A stretch of DNA of 64,000 nucleotides, taken from Candidatus Sumerlaea chitinivorans (lineage in GTDB: Bacteria; Sumerlaeota; Sumerlaeia; Sumerlaeales; Sumerlaeaceae). This document shows, one piece after another, positions 1-9,551 of the stretch. Location: positions 224,672 to 288,671 of the forward strand of contig CP030759.1 in NCBI GenBank assembly GCA_003290465.1, given 5' to 3'. The translations under genes and the position numbers were made by a program. Every line of letters begins with the position of its first letter. The first letter of the stretch is position 1. Under the pieces are notes generated by a model. It saw only the letters and a program-made list of their open reading frames with translations, searched no databases and had not been told where the DNA came from.

Positions 1-626
1 TCCACCCTAACTGCAGCCTCTTCTGAGGGGGAGAGCGTTTCACTCACGGGATGACTTGGCGGTAAGCGGAGCTGTGTAGCGGCGAGGAACGCAATGAATC
101 CGTTCACGAAAGCGAGAAGGCGGAAAAGGGTCAAAGGATGCCAGCCGTGCTCGAGTAGCATCTCGGTAATCGTGGAAACAAGAAGAGCGCCCGCGCCAAA
201 CCCTGCCACCGACAACCCCGTCATCAGTCCTTTGCGCTCAGGGAACCAAGCAACACTGCACGTAAGAGGAGCGGTGTAGTAACAACCAATGCCTGCGCCC
301 GCAATGACTCCGGCCCCAAGGTAGATCAGCCAGAAGTTCCCTCCTGAGAAGGAGACGAGACCATAGCCAAGGATAAATAGGAGTGCGCCGGCGATGGCCA
401 ATTTCCGTGGTCCGTATCGGGTGACCCAACGACCGGCTGGCAACATGACCAATGTAAACGTCGCGATCGTGGTCCCAAAGACCAGGGCCATTTGCGACGC
501 ACGGAAGCCGTACTCTTCACGTAAGGCAGCAGCGAATGTGCTCCAAGCATAAAGCGCCCCCAGGCAAAGTTGCATAAGGACGCCTGATGCAACCGCTAAG
601 TAGGCGACGAACCGATTGTTTTTCAT
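1..626 (-). CDS. MFS transporter, oxalate/formate antiporter (OFA)-like, N-terminal ~208 aa; the gene continues past the window start (no stop before position 1). Its ATG at 626 overlaps the TGA of the upstream gene (ATGA), suggesting translational coupling.
   Basis: My own reverse-complement translation of 626..1 is open throughout. It reads MKNNRFVAYLAVASGVLMQLCLGALYAWSTFAAALREEYGF..., the typical MFS/OFA N-terminus with an LGA(L)YAWS motif. It is hydrophobic with glycine-rich TM segments. It is absent from the supplied ORF track only because no stop occurs inside the window. Confidence 0.6.
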   Translation of the reverse strand, partial: MKNNRFVAYLAVASGVLMQLCLGALYAWSTFAAALREEYGFRASQMALVFGTTIATFTLVMLPAGRWVTRYGPRKLAIAGALLFILGYGLVSFSGGNFWLIYLGAGVIAGAGIGCYYTAPLTCSVAWFPERKGLMTGLSVAGFGAGALLVSTITEMLLEHGWHPLTLFRLLAFVNGFIAFLAATQLRLPPSHPVSETLSPSEEAAVRV

Positions 627-2563
627 GGTAAGATCGCGTATTGCTTAGATAGATTTTCGTAGTCGTGGACTGAACCGCCTTCTAAGCAGCACTGGATAAT
701 TTTCTGACCAACCGGATCCAACTTCGGGTCCTTGGAGTATTTTTCAAGTTCTTGGCGGAAGAACTCCCAGAGCTGTTGCGCACCCGCATCGTACGCTTCT
801 TCCCCGACCTCCGGTTGCGTTTCCACGCTCAGGAACCAGCGGCTCACCGCGCTCCCTTCGATGTGGAGCGTGTTCAGCTGGTAACCGAGCAGTGAACACC
901 GTGCCGCCGAAAGCTGTTCTGGTCGGAAAGGTGCCGATCCTCGTCGGGCAAGGTACTCCCTACATAGCCATTGGGGCATGAATCCTACTTTCCACGCCCC
1001 GATGTGTTGGTTGGGAATGAGCACGAATAGCGTATCCTGTGTGGAAAGGATTTGCCGCAAGAGGAGGTTTGCGAACTCAATACGTTTGCCGGTTGCGAAG
1101 GGCCAGAAGCTGCCCACGCCTTCGCTCGAGAGCGCGATTTTGGAGCCGACAATGCTCGGGTTAGCGTAACCGCGCGGCGAAGTGAGACGCCACAACCATG
1201 CGAGGGCGGGCGGCAAGATGTGAAAAAGTCCGAGTATCCCGTACGTGGGGTTGTCCTTCGTGCAGGGAGGGGTCCTGACGCCAAAACTTCGCACGTCCAC
1301 GATGACGTCCCCATCCACGATCCCCGGAACAAGCTTGCGGGGCAAGATCACTCGTGGATTTGGACAGCGTACGCCCGGAGCGTCTTCCTCGTGTTCCCAG
1401 ATGAGAGCGGTGCTGTGAGGGACCGCATCAATGCTAAGGAACACAAGTGGTTCGGGGGGATGGATTGTCAGTTCTTCGAGGTGGGGATCCGTGCCATACT
1501 TTTGGATGTGGTTAATTCGCACGAACCACGCTTGTTCTGCATCGCAGAGTTTCAGTTTTCGGACACCTTTTGGCAGTGTCCGATGGCACAGAGCCATGTC
1601 ATCGGTCACGGGTTGGAGCTCGCAGCCACGTGGAAGGGTGAGGAAGCGTTTTTCACCTGTGAGGATGTTTTGCCCCAACAGCAGGCGTCCATCGCTTTCG
1701 CGGTGCGGATACTGGAGCATCTCGGATTTCCCGCCACCGCTGGCGCCTTCGTGCATGAAGACGATGTGATTGTCGTAGGGCGTGACTACGCGCACGGTTG
1801 AACAGTGAGCGGTCACCCAGCCTTCCATCTCACCTTGTTGAAGCAGCATGCCGTAAACGCCCTTCTTCGCACTCGGCCCCGGGTAGAGGTTATAGCTAAA
1901 GAGCTCGTGACGTTGGGGCAGCCGATTATGGACGACGATCTGCTTGCCGTTGAAATGAGTGTGCCGGTAGGGTGGGGCCACAAAGATAAACGCCCGGGGA
2001 CGGAAGTCCTTAGGCAAGGACTCAATTGGGAGAATCCCCTGAATCATTGCGAGGGATAGCGCAAAGAAACCCGCATTTGCAGGGCAGATGGCAATCGCAT
2101 CAAAGCTTTTCGGTGCTTTTCCCGACCGAAACGCGAAGACAGCTAAACGTTGCCGACTTAGCCACGCAAAAGTATCCTCACGCAGTTCTGTGAACGGATA
2201 GCCAAAACGATCGATGAACCGCTGCTGATCCGTGGGGCCGTCGTCGCCAATCACCATGCAATCACTGTCGCGGCGCCGCATGTAGGGTTCCAAATATCGC
2301 ACTGAGATTCCGTTGCGAACGCGGCAGACACGTGCTTCGGCCACAAGCCCACGTCCCGGAACCTCGTAGGCGACTTCATGCCAGCCGTCTTTTTCATCGC
2401 ACACAGCAAGTGCGAGTAATTCGCTCACAGCGCTTGCGTAAATGACTTCGGGAGCAGTTTGGAGAATGTTGCATACATCAGAAGGAAGGGTTTTGCACAA
2501 TTTTGTTGCGCGTTTCTGGGAGGAATTTGAAACTACTTTTGATTCTTCTGTCGTCCCCTGCAT
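623..2563 (-). CDS. Large uncharacterised protein (DUF4914-like?) with an HprK/PEPCK-type Walker A P-loop (HEGASGGGKSE) and a downstream acidic DD motif (LQPVTDDMAL). Putative kinase or nucleotide-dependent enzyme.
   Basis: 646-aa ORF. The motif GASGGGKSE resembles the HprK/P GxSGxGKSE and [13 protein letters not shown] loops. A PckA in this same window (GLSGTGKTT) gives a direct comparison. Divergent from a LysR regulator. The family name is from memory; the P-loop is seen directly. Confidence 0.55.
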   Translation of the reverse strand: MQGTTEESKVVSNSSQKRATKLCKTLPSDVCNILQTAPEVIYASAVSELLALAVCDEKDGWHEVAYEVPGRGLVAEARVCRVRNGISVRYLEPYMRRRDSDCMVIGDDGPTDQQRFIDRFGYPFTELREDTFAWLSRQRLAVFAFRSGKAPKSFDAIAICPANAGFFALSLAMIQGILPIESLPKDFRPRAFIFVAPPYRHTHFNGKQIVVHNRLPQRHELFSYNLYPGPSAKKGVYGMLLQQGEMEGWVTAHCSTVRVVTPYDNHIVFMHEGASGGGKSEMLQYPHRESDGRLLLGQNILTGEKRFLTLPRGCELQPVTDDMALCHRTLPKGVRKLKLCDAEQAWFVRINHIQKYGTDPHLEELTIHPPEPLVFLSIDAVPHSTALIWEHEEDAPGVRCPNPRVILPRKLVPGIVDGDVIVDVRSFGVRTPPCTKDNPTYGILGLFHILPPALAWLWRLTSPRGYANPSIVGSKIALSSEGVGSFWPFATGKRIEFANLLLRQILSTQDTLFVLIPNQHIGAWKVGFMPQWLCREYLARRGSAPFRPEQLSAARCSLLGYQLNTLHIEGSAVSRWFLSVETQPEVGEEAYDAGAQQLWEFFRQELEKYSKDPKLDPVGQKIIQCCLEGGSVHDYENLSKQYAILP

Positions 2564-2693
2564 CTCACTCTCGCTTTATGGATTAACGAAATCCTAGTGC
2601 TCTTTCGTTATAAGCTCGCAACCTTGCTTTATTACCACAACGCCAATAAATAGATTGAATAGAAAATTTTGAGAATTTACATAGTCAAAACCT

Positions 2694-3626
2694 ATGGACA
2701 CTTCGAGGCTTCTAAATTACTCGCATCTCTATTACTTTTGGGTCATTGCTCGCGAAGGAGGCATTTCTGCCGCTGCGCGCCGACTCCGATTGCGCCAGCC
2801 CACACTTTCTGCTCAATTGCGCCAGCTCGAAAAATCTCTTGGGGTGCCTCTGTTTCACCGAGTGGGGCGTCGTTTAGTACTCACCGAAGCGGGTCAAGTT
2901 GCATTTCGATATGCTGAAGAAATTTTTCACATGGGAAGCGAATTGCTGGATGCCCTAACCGGGCCCCACCAACTCCTGCACCGTTTGCACCTAGGGATCG
3001 CTGATAGCGTCCCAAGGCTGTTAGTGGCCAACTTACTGAGGGGAACCGTTCAACGCGTGCCCAATCTGTTACCCGTTTGTGCTATCGGGAAGCACACTGA
3101 ATTGCTCAGGCGGCTAATGAGTGGGACGTTGGATCTCGTGCTAACCGAACAGCCTCCCAAATCACCGTCCGTTGGGCGCAGTTATTATCATCTTTTAGGT
3201 GAGTTTCCGTTAGCCGTCTACGCCGCACGGAGTCTCGCAAGGCGACTCCGTGCCCGATTTCCTCAATCACTTGAACGAACACCTTTCCTACTACCAGCGA
3301 GTGACTCTGCGCTCCGTGCGTGCATCGAACGATGGTTTGCCGAACGGAATCTTACGGTGCATGTGGCAGGAGAGTTTGAGGAAAGCTCCCTGTTGAAAGT
3401 TTATGCAGAAAGCCGCACGGGGGTGTTTGTTATGCCTATTGTAGAACATGAAGAGCTGATCAAACGCTACTCCGTCAGTCAGGTAGGAGTCTTGGTCGGC
3501 AGCCAAATTGCATACTACGCGGTAACACTCGAGCGTCGCCTGAAAAACCAAGCCATCATTGCGCTCATAGAATGTGCGAAAAGCCTCTCGCGCTCACTTC
3601 CCCATTTACAGCTCTGTGGGGTGTGA
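2694..3626 (+). CDS. LysR-family transcriptional regulator
   Basis: N-terminal HTH (LNYSHLYYFWVIAREGGISAAARRLRLRQPTLSAQLRQLEKSLGVPLFHRVGRRLVLTEAGQ), the canonical LysR signature. About 310 aa with a C-terminal substrate-binding domain. Divergent arrangement with the 623..2563 operon. Confidence 0.88.
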   Translation: MDTSRLLNYSHLYYFWVIAREGGISAAARRLRLRQPTLSAQLRQLEKSLGVPLFHRVGRRLVLTEAGQVAFRYAEEIFHMGSELLDALTGPHQLLHRLHLGIADSVPRLLVANLLRGTVQRVPNLLPVCAIGKHTELLRRLMSGTLDLVLTEQPPKSPSVGRSYYHLLGEFPLAVYAARSLARRLRARFPQSLERTPFLLPASDSALRACIERWFAERNLTVHVAGEFEESSLLKVYAESRTGVFVMPIVEHEELIKRYSVSQVGVLVGSQIAYYAVTLERRLKNQAIIALIECAKSLSRSLPHLQLCGV

Positions 3627-3645
3627 GGTGGGCACATGTTCGTAA

Positions 3646-3948
3646 CTACTCTGCCGGTTGCGGAAGTGATTTCACCATTTCGCGGAATAACTTGCCGGGC
3701 TTAAAAACCACCACTGTTTTGGCCGGCACCTCGATCTGCTGTTTGCTCTTAGGATTCCGACCAAGCCGCGCCCGTTTAAACTTCGGTTGGAAGGTGCCGA
3801 ATCCAACCAGCGAGACCTTCTCGCCTTTTTTGAGCGCTTCCTTGACCGTTTCCAAGAAAAGCTCGACAGCTTGCATCGCTTGGCGCTGGCTCATGCCCGT
3901 CCGTTGCCGGAGCTGATTCGCAATTTCCTGCTTAGTCATTTGCCTCAT
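3646..3948 (-). CDS. HU/IHF-family nucleoid-associated DNA-binding protein
   Basis: 100 aa. Motifs: MTKQEIANQL...LVGFGTF...R.ARLGRNPKS...I..PA..VV.FKPGK, the classic HU/IHF beta-arm motifs. Confidence 0.82.
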   Translation of the reverse strand: MRQMTKQEIANQLRQRTGMSQRQAMQAVELFLETVKEALKKGEKVSLVGFGTFQPKFKRARLGRNPKSKQQIEVPAKTVVVFKPGKLFREMVKSLPQPAE

Positions 3949-4057
3949 TCCGCCTTCGAAAGATAGTAGTTCTTCATTCTTTAAGCTTTGCCCAATGTCT
4001 TGGGTGTGTCAACCCGAATCCCTCTCACTGAGAGGCTATGCAGCGCTTACGTGAAAT

Positions 4058-4366
4058 TTAGGCCTGAGGAGATTTGCCGAGAATGCGTTGTACGCTCTCG
4101 ACTTTTCCCCGCAAACGTCCGGTGCGTCCCACCGCATCGTCAATTTTGATTGTCGTCGAGACGCGAGGAAATCTCTCGCGCATCAGCATGTGGCATTGGC
4201 GAATGACTCCCATGACCTCGTCCCATTCGCCTTCAACGATCGTGCCCATCGCGTGCAGCTCGTAGGGGAGTCCACTTGCTTCGACGATTTTAATCATCTC
4301 GGCCACGATTTCGGAGAGGTGTTCAGGTGCATCCCTCAGTGGTGCGATTGAGAATTCTGCCAACAT
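4058..4366 (-). CDS. MTH1187/YkoF-family (DUF77) small protein. I trimmed the track ORF 4058..4753 to the internal start MLAEFSIAPL.
   Basis: The C-terminal 102 aa (MLAEFSIAPLRD...YELHAMGTIVEGEWDEV...) match the pattern of the about 100-aa MTH1187/YkoF family. The long N-terminal extension in the track overlaps the next gene and has no family signal. Confidence 0.6.
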   Translation of the reverse strand: MLAEFSIAPLRDAPEHLSEIVAEMIKIVEASGLPYELHAMGTIVEGEWDEVMGVIRQCHMLMRERFPRVSTTIKIDDAVGRTGRLRGKVESVQRILGKSPQA

Positions 4367-4502
4367 CGGTTCTGCCCTCCGCTGCAGAAGCATTCTGCCA
4401 TGAAGCATACCAAGACGAGAGGCTTCACAATCGGTATTCGACCAAACGGCCGAAACACGGTTGGGCAGGAGAGGTTCTGTGCAACTTTGCCAATTCTGCT
4501 TT

Positions 4503-5657
4503 TTAGGGTCGCGCCGAACGAGGGCCGTTTGGTGCTTTCCGACGGAGGAGGGTTCGGTAAACTTCGGAAGTGCGGCTGACCATTGCCTCAATACTGAAGA
4601 GCTCTCGTGCGCGTTGTGCCGCTGCGGAGGCGAGACGGGATGCAAGATCGCGATCGCGGGCCAACCTTTCGACGGCGTCGGCAAGTGCTGACGGATTCGC
4701 AGGTGGAATAAGCAGGGCTTCCTGTTGATCACGCACAAGCTCGGGAATGCCACCTACGGCCGTCGCAATAATGGGCAACTCAGCATGCATTGCCTCGACA
4801 ATCGCTGCAGGGAGGCCTTCCCAATGGCTCGGTAACATAAAGATGTCAAGTGTGGCTAAGAGTGAGGGCGTGTCGGCAACGTAGCCGAGAAAGCGAATCG
4901 CGTGAGCGACCCCTCGCTCGCGTGCGTATTGTTCGACTGCTCCGTGACTGTCGTCGCGTCCAGCAAACAGAAAAACGGTTTTGGGGAATTCCGCAAGGAT
5001 AGCCGGCAAAGCCGCGATCACATCGCGGTGCCCTTTCATTTCGCGAAGGTTAGCGAGGATACCAACGACAGGATAGGAGTCGGGCCCAACACCATAGCGT
5101 TTTCGGAGTTCGTCTCTTTTTTCGCGTGGGATCGGGCGCTCCGGTACACCACTGTAAATGACGTGAATTTTCTCTGGAGAGAATCCCTCACGCTGCACAG
5201 TCGCCTGCTTACCGGCCTCACTGTTGGAGATAAACAAATCCACGCACGGCGCAGTGAGGCGATCCAGCCAAACATGCCATAGGCGCCGCCACGGATCAAT
5301 CGACCGGATGCTGGAGATGACTGCCTGAGCACCGCCCAGGCGCGCGGCGATTCTCCCGACCGTATCTGCACGAAGGCCGTAGGTCTGCACCAAATCAATT
5401 TGTTCGGAGCGAATGAATCGGCTCAGGCGTGCGATGCCAAGCGGGTCTACGGCGCATCGCAAGCTAAAGTGCTGAGTAGGAATTCCCAGCGCTGAGGCGC
5501 GGCGGAGCAGTTCACCGCTTCCGATGAGCGCCCCCACATACGGCTGAAATTCGCGGCGATCCAAATGCTCGACCAAAAATAGGATCATCCGTTCCGTGCC
5601 CCCCATGTCGGACGTTGAGGCGAGCTGCAGGATCCGCCACGGCCTCTGATCACCCAT
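4503..5657 (-). CDS. Glycosyltransferase family 4 (GT-B, retaining)
   Basis: 384 aa. The C-terminal E-x7-E region (HWEGLPAAIVEAM...PIIATAVGGIPE) and the N-terminal GGTE motif are typical of GT4 (MshA/PimA-like). Confidence 0.85.
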   Translation of the reverse strand: MGDQRPWRILQLASTSDMGGTERMILFLVEHLDRREFQPYVGALIGSGELLRRASALGIPTQHFSLRCAVDPLGIARLSRFIRSEQIDLVQTYGLRADTVGRIAARLGGAQAVISSIRSIDPWRRLWHVWLDRLTAPCVDLFISNSEAGKQATVQREGFSPEKIHVIYSGVPERPIPREKRDELRKRYGVGPDSYPVVGILANLREMKGHRDVIAALPAILAEFPKTVFLFAGRDDSHGAVEQYARERGVAHAIRFLGYVADTPSLLATLDIFMLPSHWEGLPAAIVEAMHAELPIIATAVGGIPELVRDQQEALLIPPANPSALADAVERLARDRDLASRLASAAAQRARELFSIEAMVSRTSEVYRTLLRRKAPNGPRSARP

Positions 5658-5683
5658 CTGGCTCGGCCCTCATGCCTGCGACG

Positions 5684-7150
5684 TCAATATGCGCGAGCAA
5701 AATAGACATGGAACTTTGCTGGTTGACCACACCGGATACAGGATCCCTCGGTCGCGGGTTCGACTTCGTTGCGCTCGTTCAATGGCAGGCACCGGATGGT
5801 TGCTTTGGTCTCTTCTTTGATTTTTAGTTCGCATTCTCCCTCGCCACACCATGGCGCAAAGATGAAACCGCGTTTTTCCTCAATGGTGTTTTGGAATTCT
5901 TCGTATGAGGCCACGCGGCGGGTGTTTTCATCCCGGAATGCGCGGGCGCGTGCCAAGAGATCCTTCTGAAGCGTGTCGAGCAGTTGTACCACGGTCTCTT
6001 CAAGCTGGTCGAGCGGACAGAAAATCTTTTGCCGATTATCGCGGTGAACAAGCACGCATTGGTTCTTCTGAATGTCCTTGGGTCCCAGCTCCAACCGCAG
6101 CGGCACGCCGCGGAGCTCGTACTCATTGAACTTCCACCCGGGGGTGTAGTTATCGCGGGCGTCGAGTTTGACCCGTACCTTGTCGCGCAATCGGGCGGCA
6201 ATTTCCTCTGCCTTCTGCACTACGGTGTCACGTGTGGCTGCCTGAAAGATCGGAACGATCACGACCTGAATCGGGGCAATGCGGGGGGGAAGGATCAACC
6301 CGTGCTCATCACCGTGGGTCATAATAACGCCGCCCACCAAACGGGTGCTTACCCCCCACGAGGTTTGCCACACGTACTTGCGTTGGTGGTCCTCGTCCTC
6401 AAACATGATCTCGAACATCTTCGAGAAGTGCTGGCCGAGGTTATGGGAGGTGCCAGCTTGGAGCGCCTTGCCGTCTCCCATAAGAGCCTCGATCGTGTAG
6501 GTATAGAGGGCGCCGGGGAATTTCTCGTTTTCCGTTTTCTGCCCAGCGATCACGGGCATCGCCAGCTCGGTTTCCGCAAATTCTTGGTAAACGCGAAGCA
6601 TCTTGAGCGTTTCTTCCTGCGCCTCTTCCATCGTGCGATGGCACGTGTGCCCCTCTTGCCACAAGAACTCAGTGGTTCTGAGGAAGAGGCGAGTGACCTT
6701 CTCCCAGCGGACAACGTTGGCCCACTGATTGATAAGGATGGGCAGGTCGCGGTAACTTTGTACCCATTTTGCGTAAATCGAGCAGATAATTGCCTCGGAG
6801 GTTGGTCGGATCGCCAAGCGCTCCTCCAACGGTTCATTGCCGCCGTGGGTTACCCACGCAACCTCGGGCGCGAAACCTTCCACGTGAGCGGCCTCCTTCT
6901 TCAGGAGCGATTCAGGAACGAAGAGAGGAAAGTACGCATTCTCGTGACCAGTGGCTTTGATGCGTCGGTCGAGTGCATCGCGGATGTTCTCCCAAAGGGC
7001 GAACCCGTAGGGTTTGATTACCATGCACCCTTTGATCGTTGTATAGTCAGCCAGTTCCGCTTTTCGGACGACGTCCACATACCACTGGGAAAAATCAACG
7101 CTCTTAGGCGTGATTTCGCGCACGAATTGTTTGTCCTGTTGCTCGCTCAA
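5684..7150 (-). CDS. proS: Proline--tRNA ligase, archaeal/eukaryote-type (class II)
   Basis: 488 aa. Shows class II aaRS motifs and the C-terminal zinc-binding domain typical of the short ProRS type lacking the bacterial INS editing domain. The N-terminus FVREITPKSVDFSQWYVDVV... is typical. Confidence 0.9.
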   Translation of the reverse strand: MSEQQDKQFVREITPKSVDFSQWYVDVVRKAELADYTTIKGCMVIKPYGFALWENIRDALDRRIKATGHENAYFPLFVPESLLKKEAAHVEGFAPEVAWVTHGGNEPLEERLAIRPTSEAIICSIYAKWVQSYRDLPILINQWANVVRWEKVTRLFLRTTEFLWQEGHTCHRTMEEAQEETLKMLRVYQEFAETELAMPVIAGQKTENEKFPGALYTYTIEALMGDGKALQAGTSHNLGQHFSKMFEIMFEDEDHQRKYVWQTSWGVSTRLVGGVIMTHGDEHGLILPPRIAPIQVVIVPIFQAATRDTVVQKAEEIAARLRDKVRVKLDARDNYTPGWKFNEYELRGVPLRLELGPKDIQKNQCVLVHRDNRQKIFCPLDQLEETVVQLLDTLQKDLLARARAFRDENTRRVASYEEFQNTIEEKRGFIFAPWCGEGECELKIKEETKATIRCLPLNERNEVEPATEGSCIRCGQPAKFHVYFARAY

Positions 7151-7433
7151 GGTCCTTCACTCCAAAATTGAAGATTTGCGTCTTTGATCCAACGCCACTT
7201 TCTGTGGATTTAACCCAGTTGGCACACTAAGAGTGTGTCCACCTGAGATGTGAAACAAGAACTTGTTCTCGCGCGGGAGAACGCAAGTCAAATCCCCAAC
7301 GCTCAAAATCGCGGATGCAACCTTGAGATTTGTGTTGCAGACACTGGGCGCCTCGTTCAGTGTCTGTCGAGAGTCAAGCGTGTGGGCCGGTTGGGTTCAC
7401 ATTTTATTTTGTCTTCGAAGGTATTGACGACCC

Positions 7434-8756
7434 ATGAACAGATTTGTCTGGTTGAAGAAATGGGGCTTCCTATTCGCCGCGGTGTTATTACTTACCGGAT
7501 GCGTAATCCTCGGCGACAAGGTGGACCAATTCCGATGGCATTTCACAACAGTTCCATTCTTCGTCTTTGACAATGCACCCAAGTACAAGCAGCCCCCGCA
7601 ACCCCGCGTAATGCACAAGCCCGTAAATGTAACGCTTGCCCTTTCTGGCGGTGGAAGCCGGGCGGCCGTGTTTGCTGCGGGTGTGATGGAGCAACTGGCG
7701 TACCTGCCACGCCCAGAGAGTCGGAGTATTCTCGAGCAGACTCAGGTGATCTCAGGAGTCTCGGCGGGAAGTTTGGCGGCGACTTATTACGCGCTCTACA
7801 AGCCGGAGCGTTTCCGGACTGTAGAGGAAAAGCAGGCGTTCTTCCAACAGTTCAAGTCTCACATGGCCACCGACTTTTTCATGCGGAGCTGGTTTCATTA
7901 TCTGAGTCACCCGTGGGAAGCGGTGCTCAAGCATTACACCCGCTACCGCTTCTCGCAAACGCTTGCCAATACCTTTGACCAGCTAATCTTCCTTGGTGCC
8001 ACGTTTGGTGACTTATCCAAGCGCGAGGCGAGTGGGGCCGCACCGCTAACGATCGTCAATGCTGTGGATCTCGATACGGGTTGCCGCTTCCTGATGACGA
8101 ATCTCAATGTTTCCAAATCGCTGAAAGTAAATCCATCCGCTTTTCAGGGCGACCCGCTCCTGAGCAGCCTTGCGAAGGCGGCAGCATCCCCAGCCTACTG
8201 CGCGACGGGTTTCGACGCGATCGATTCGGATATCCTGTCTTTCCGACTTGCGAGCGCGGTGGCAGCTTCCAGTGCTTTTCCAGTGTTGCCCGGCCCTCTT
8301 GCCATTCGCAACTACGCCACTGGGGGGTACGTCCATCTTGCCGATGGGGGAATCGTGGATAATACGGGAGTGGATAGTATCATCCAACTTTATCTGAGCC
8401 AGACGAGAGGCGACACCTCCCGCCGTTTGGTGGTGATCAGTTTGGATGCCGCCCTACCCGTTGCCCCCATCCACGACAAGGATCCGAACGGATTCGTAAG
8501 TGGGATGAAGTACGGCGAACATGCCTTTGCCACAGCGGCGGCCAAGGGACAAACGCTTGCCTCGATTCTGTACAATCAGGCAGACTCCATTCGTATCATT
8601 CGCCTGTCGCTGTGGGAATCGCCGCGGACGCAGAAGTTGGATAAGACGACCAACTATTACATCTCTGAGTCCGACTGGCTCACGGTGCTCTGTGCGGCGC
8701 AGGAAGTGGTGCAAGCCCACCGCGAGGAAATCCTTCAAGCAGTGTATGGCCGGTAA
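7434..8756 (+). CDS. Patatin-like phospholipase family lipoprotein
   Basis: Lipoprotein signal with lipobox (LLLTGC). Oxyanion hole LSGGGSRAAVFAAGV and the nucleophile elbow GVSAGS (GxSxG) of patatin/cPLA2-like lipid acyl hydrolases. Confidence 0.8.
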   Translation: MNRFVWLKKWGFLFAAVLLLTGCVILGDKVDQFRWHFTTVPFFVFDNAPKYKQPPQPRVMHKPVNVTLALSGGGSRAAVFAAGVMEQLAYLPRPESRSILEQTQVISGVSAGSLAATYYALYKPERFRTVEEKQAFFQQFKSHMATDFFMRSWFHYLSHPWEAVLKHYTRYRFSQTLANTFDQLIFLGATFGDLSKREASGAAPLTIVNAVDLDTGCRFLMTNLNVSKSLKVNPSAFQGDPLLSSLAKAAASPAYCATGFDAIDSDILSFRLASAVAASSAFPVLPGPLAIRNYATGGYVHLADGGIVDNTGVDSIIQLYLSQTRGDTSRRLVVISLDAALPVAPIHDKDPNGFVSGMKYGEHAFATAAAKGQTLASILYNQADSIRIIRLSLWESPRTQKLDKTTNYYISESDWLTVLCAAQEVVQAHREEILQAVYGR

Positions 8757-8804
8757 GATCCCCACGTGGGTAGTCCCACGACTGGAGACGGATTAGGCGA
8801 GTTC

Positions 8805-9551
8805 ATGGGAACAAAGAATAAACTCATCCTTGCTCTGCCGGCGTACAACGAAGCTGCGAACTTACCGGCACTTATCGAATCCGCCCATCGGGTGTTCACG
8901 GATAACGAGCTTACGTATGAGATTGTCGTGGTGAACGATGGTTCGACCGACGCAACTGCGCAGGTGTTGGGTGAGCTTGCCGCACAGTATCCCATTCACG
9001 TTGTCGAGCATCCTGAGAATCGCGGCTTAGGAGCGGCAATCCGAACGCTCCTCCCGGCAGCACTCGATCGGACCTTAGATCCGGACGATGCAGTTGTCTG
9101 CATGGATGCCGACAACACGCATGATCCCGCCTACGTACCCCAGATGGTCGAAAAACTGTGGCGCGACGGCTACGATATCGTCATTGCCTCACGATTTTGT
9201 AAGGGGAGCGAAGAGGTAGGGGTTCCGTTTGTGCGTCGCCTCATGAGCCGCGGAGCACGACTGCTCTTTCGACTTTTCCTCGACCTGCCGGAAGTGCGAG
9301 ATTACACCTGTGGCTACCGTGCCTACCGCGCCCAACTACTCAAACAAGCTCTTGCCAAGTACGGTGATCGCCTGATCACCCGCGAGGGATTTGCCTGCAC
9401 GGACGAGCTATTGGTCCATCTCAGTACACTGACGAAGCGCGTGGGTGAGATTCCGTTTGTTCTCCGCTACGATCGTAAACAAGGGAGAAGCAAGCTGCCA
9501 CTTTTTCGCACAATTCTCGAAACTCTGCGCATGCTGATTCAAAAGGATTGA
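8805..9551 (+). CDS. GT2 polyprenyl-phosphate sugar synthase (Dpm1/GtrB/CsbB-like dolichol-phosphate mannosyltransferase homologue)
   Basis: LILALPAYNEAANLPALI...YEIVVVNDGSTD...MDADNTHDP...: a GT-A fold with the DxD region. The about-250-aa size matches the soluble or monotopic Dpm1 type. The track ORF starts at GTG 8766; ATG 8805 is my preferred start. Confidence 0.8.
   Translation: MGTKNKLILALPAYNEAANLPALIESAHRVFTDNELTYEIVVVNDGSTDATAQVLGELAAQYPIHVVEHPENRGLGAAIRTLLPAALDRTLDPDDAVVCMDADNTHDPAYVPQMVEKLWRDGYDIVIASRFCKGSEEVGVPFVRRLMSRGARLLFRLFLDLPEVRDYTCGYRAYRAQLLKQALAKYGDRLITREGFACTDELLVHLSTLTKRVGEIPFVLRYDRKQGRSKLPLFRTILETLRMLIQKD

Noticed and set aside
1052-1801. 249-aa ORF on the plus strand
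   Set aside because: Antisense to the 646-aa P-loop protein gene; shadow ORF.
4019-4035. Inverted repeat CCTCTCA-c-TGAGAGG between the YkoF-like and HU genes
   Set aside because: Short 7-bp arms with no adjacent U-tract. It could be a chance palindrome or a weak terminator, so it is not called.
5984-7171. 395-aa ORF on the plus strand
   Set aside because: Antisense shadow of proS; no recognisable domains.
7391-7404. Isolated GTTCACAT half-site upstream of the patatin gene
   Set aside because: Only one half-site and no partner repeat within spacing. Insufficient to call an operator.
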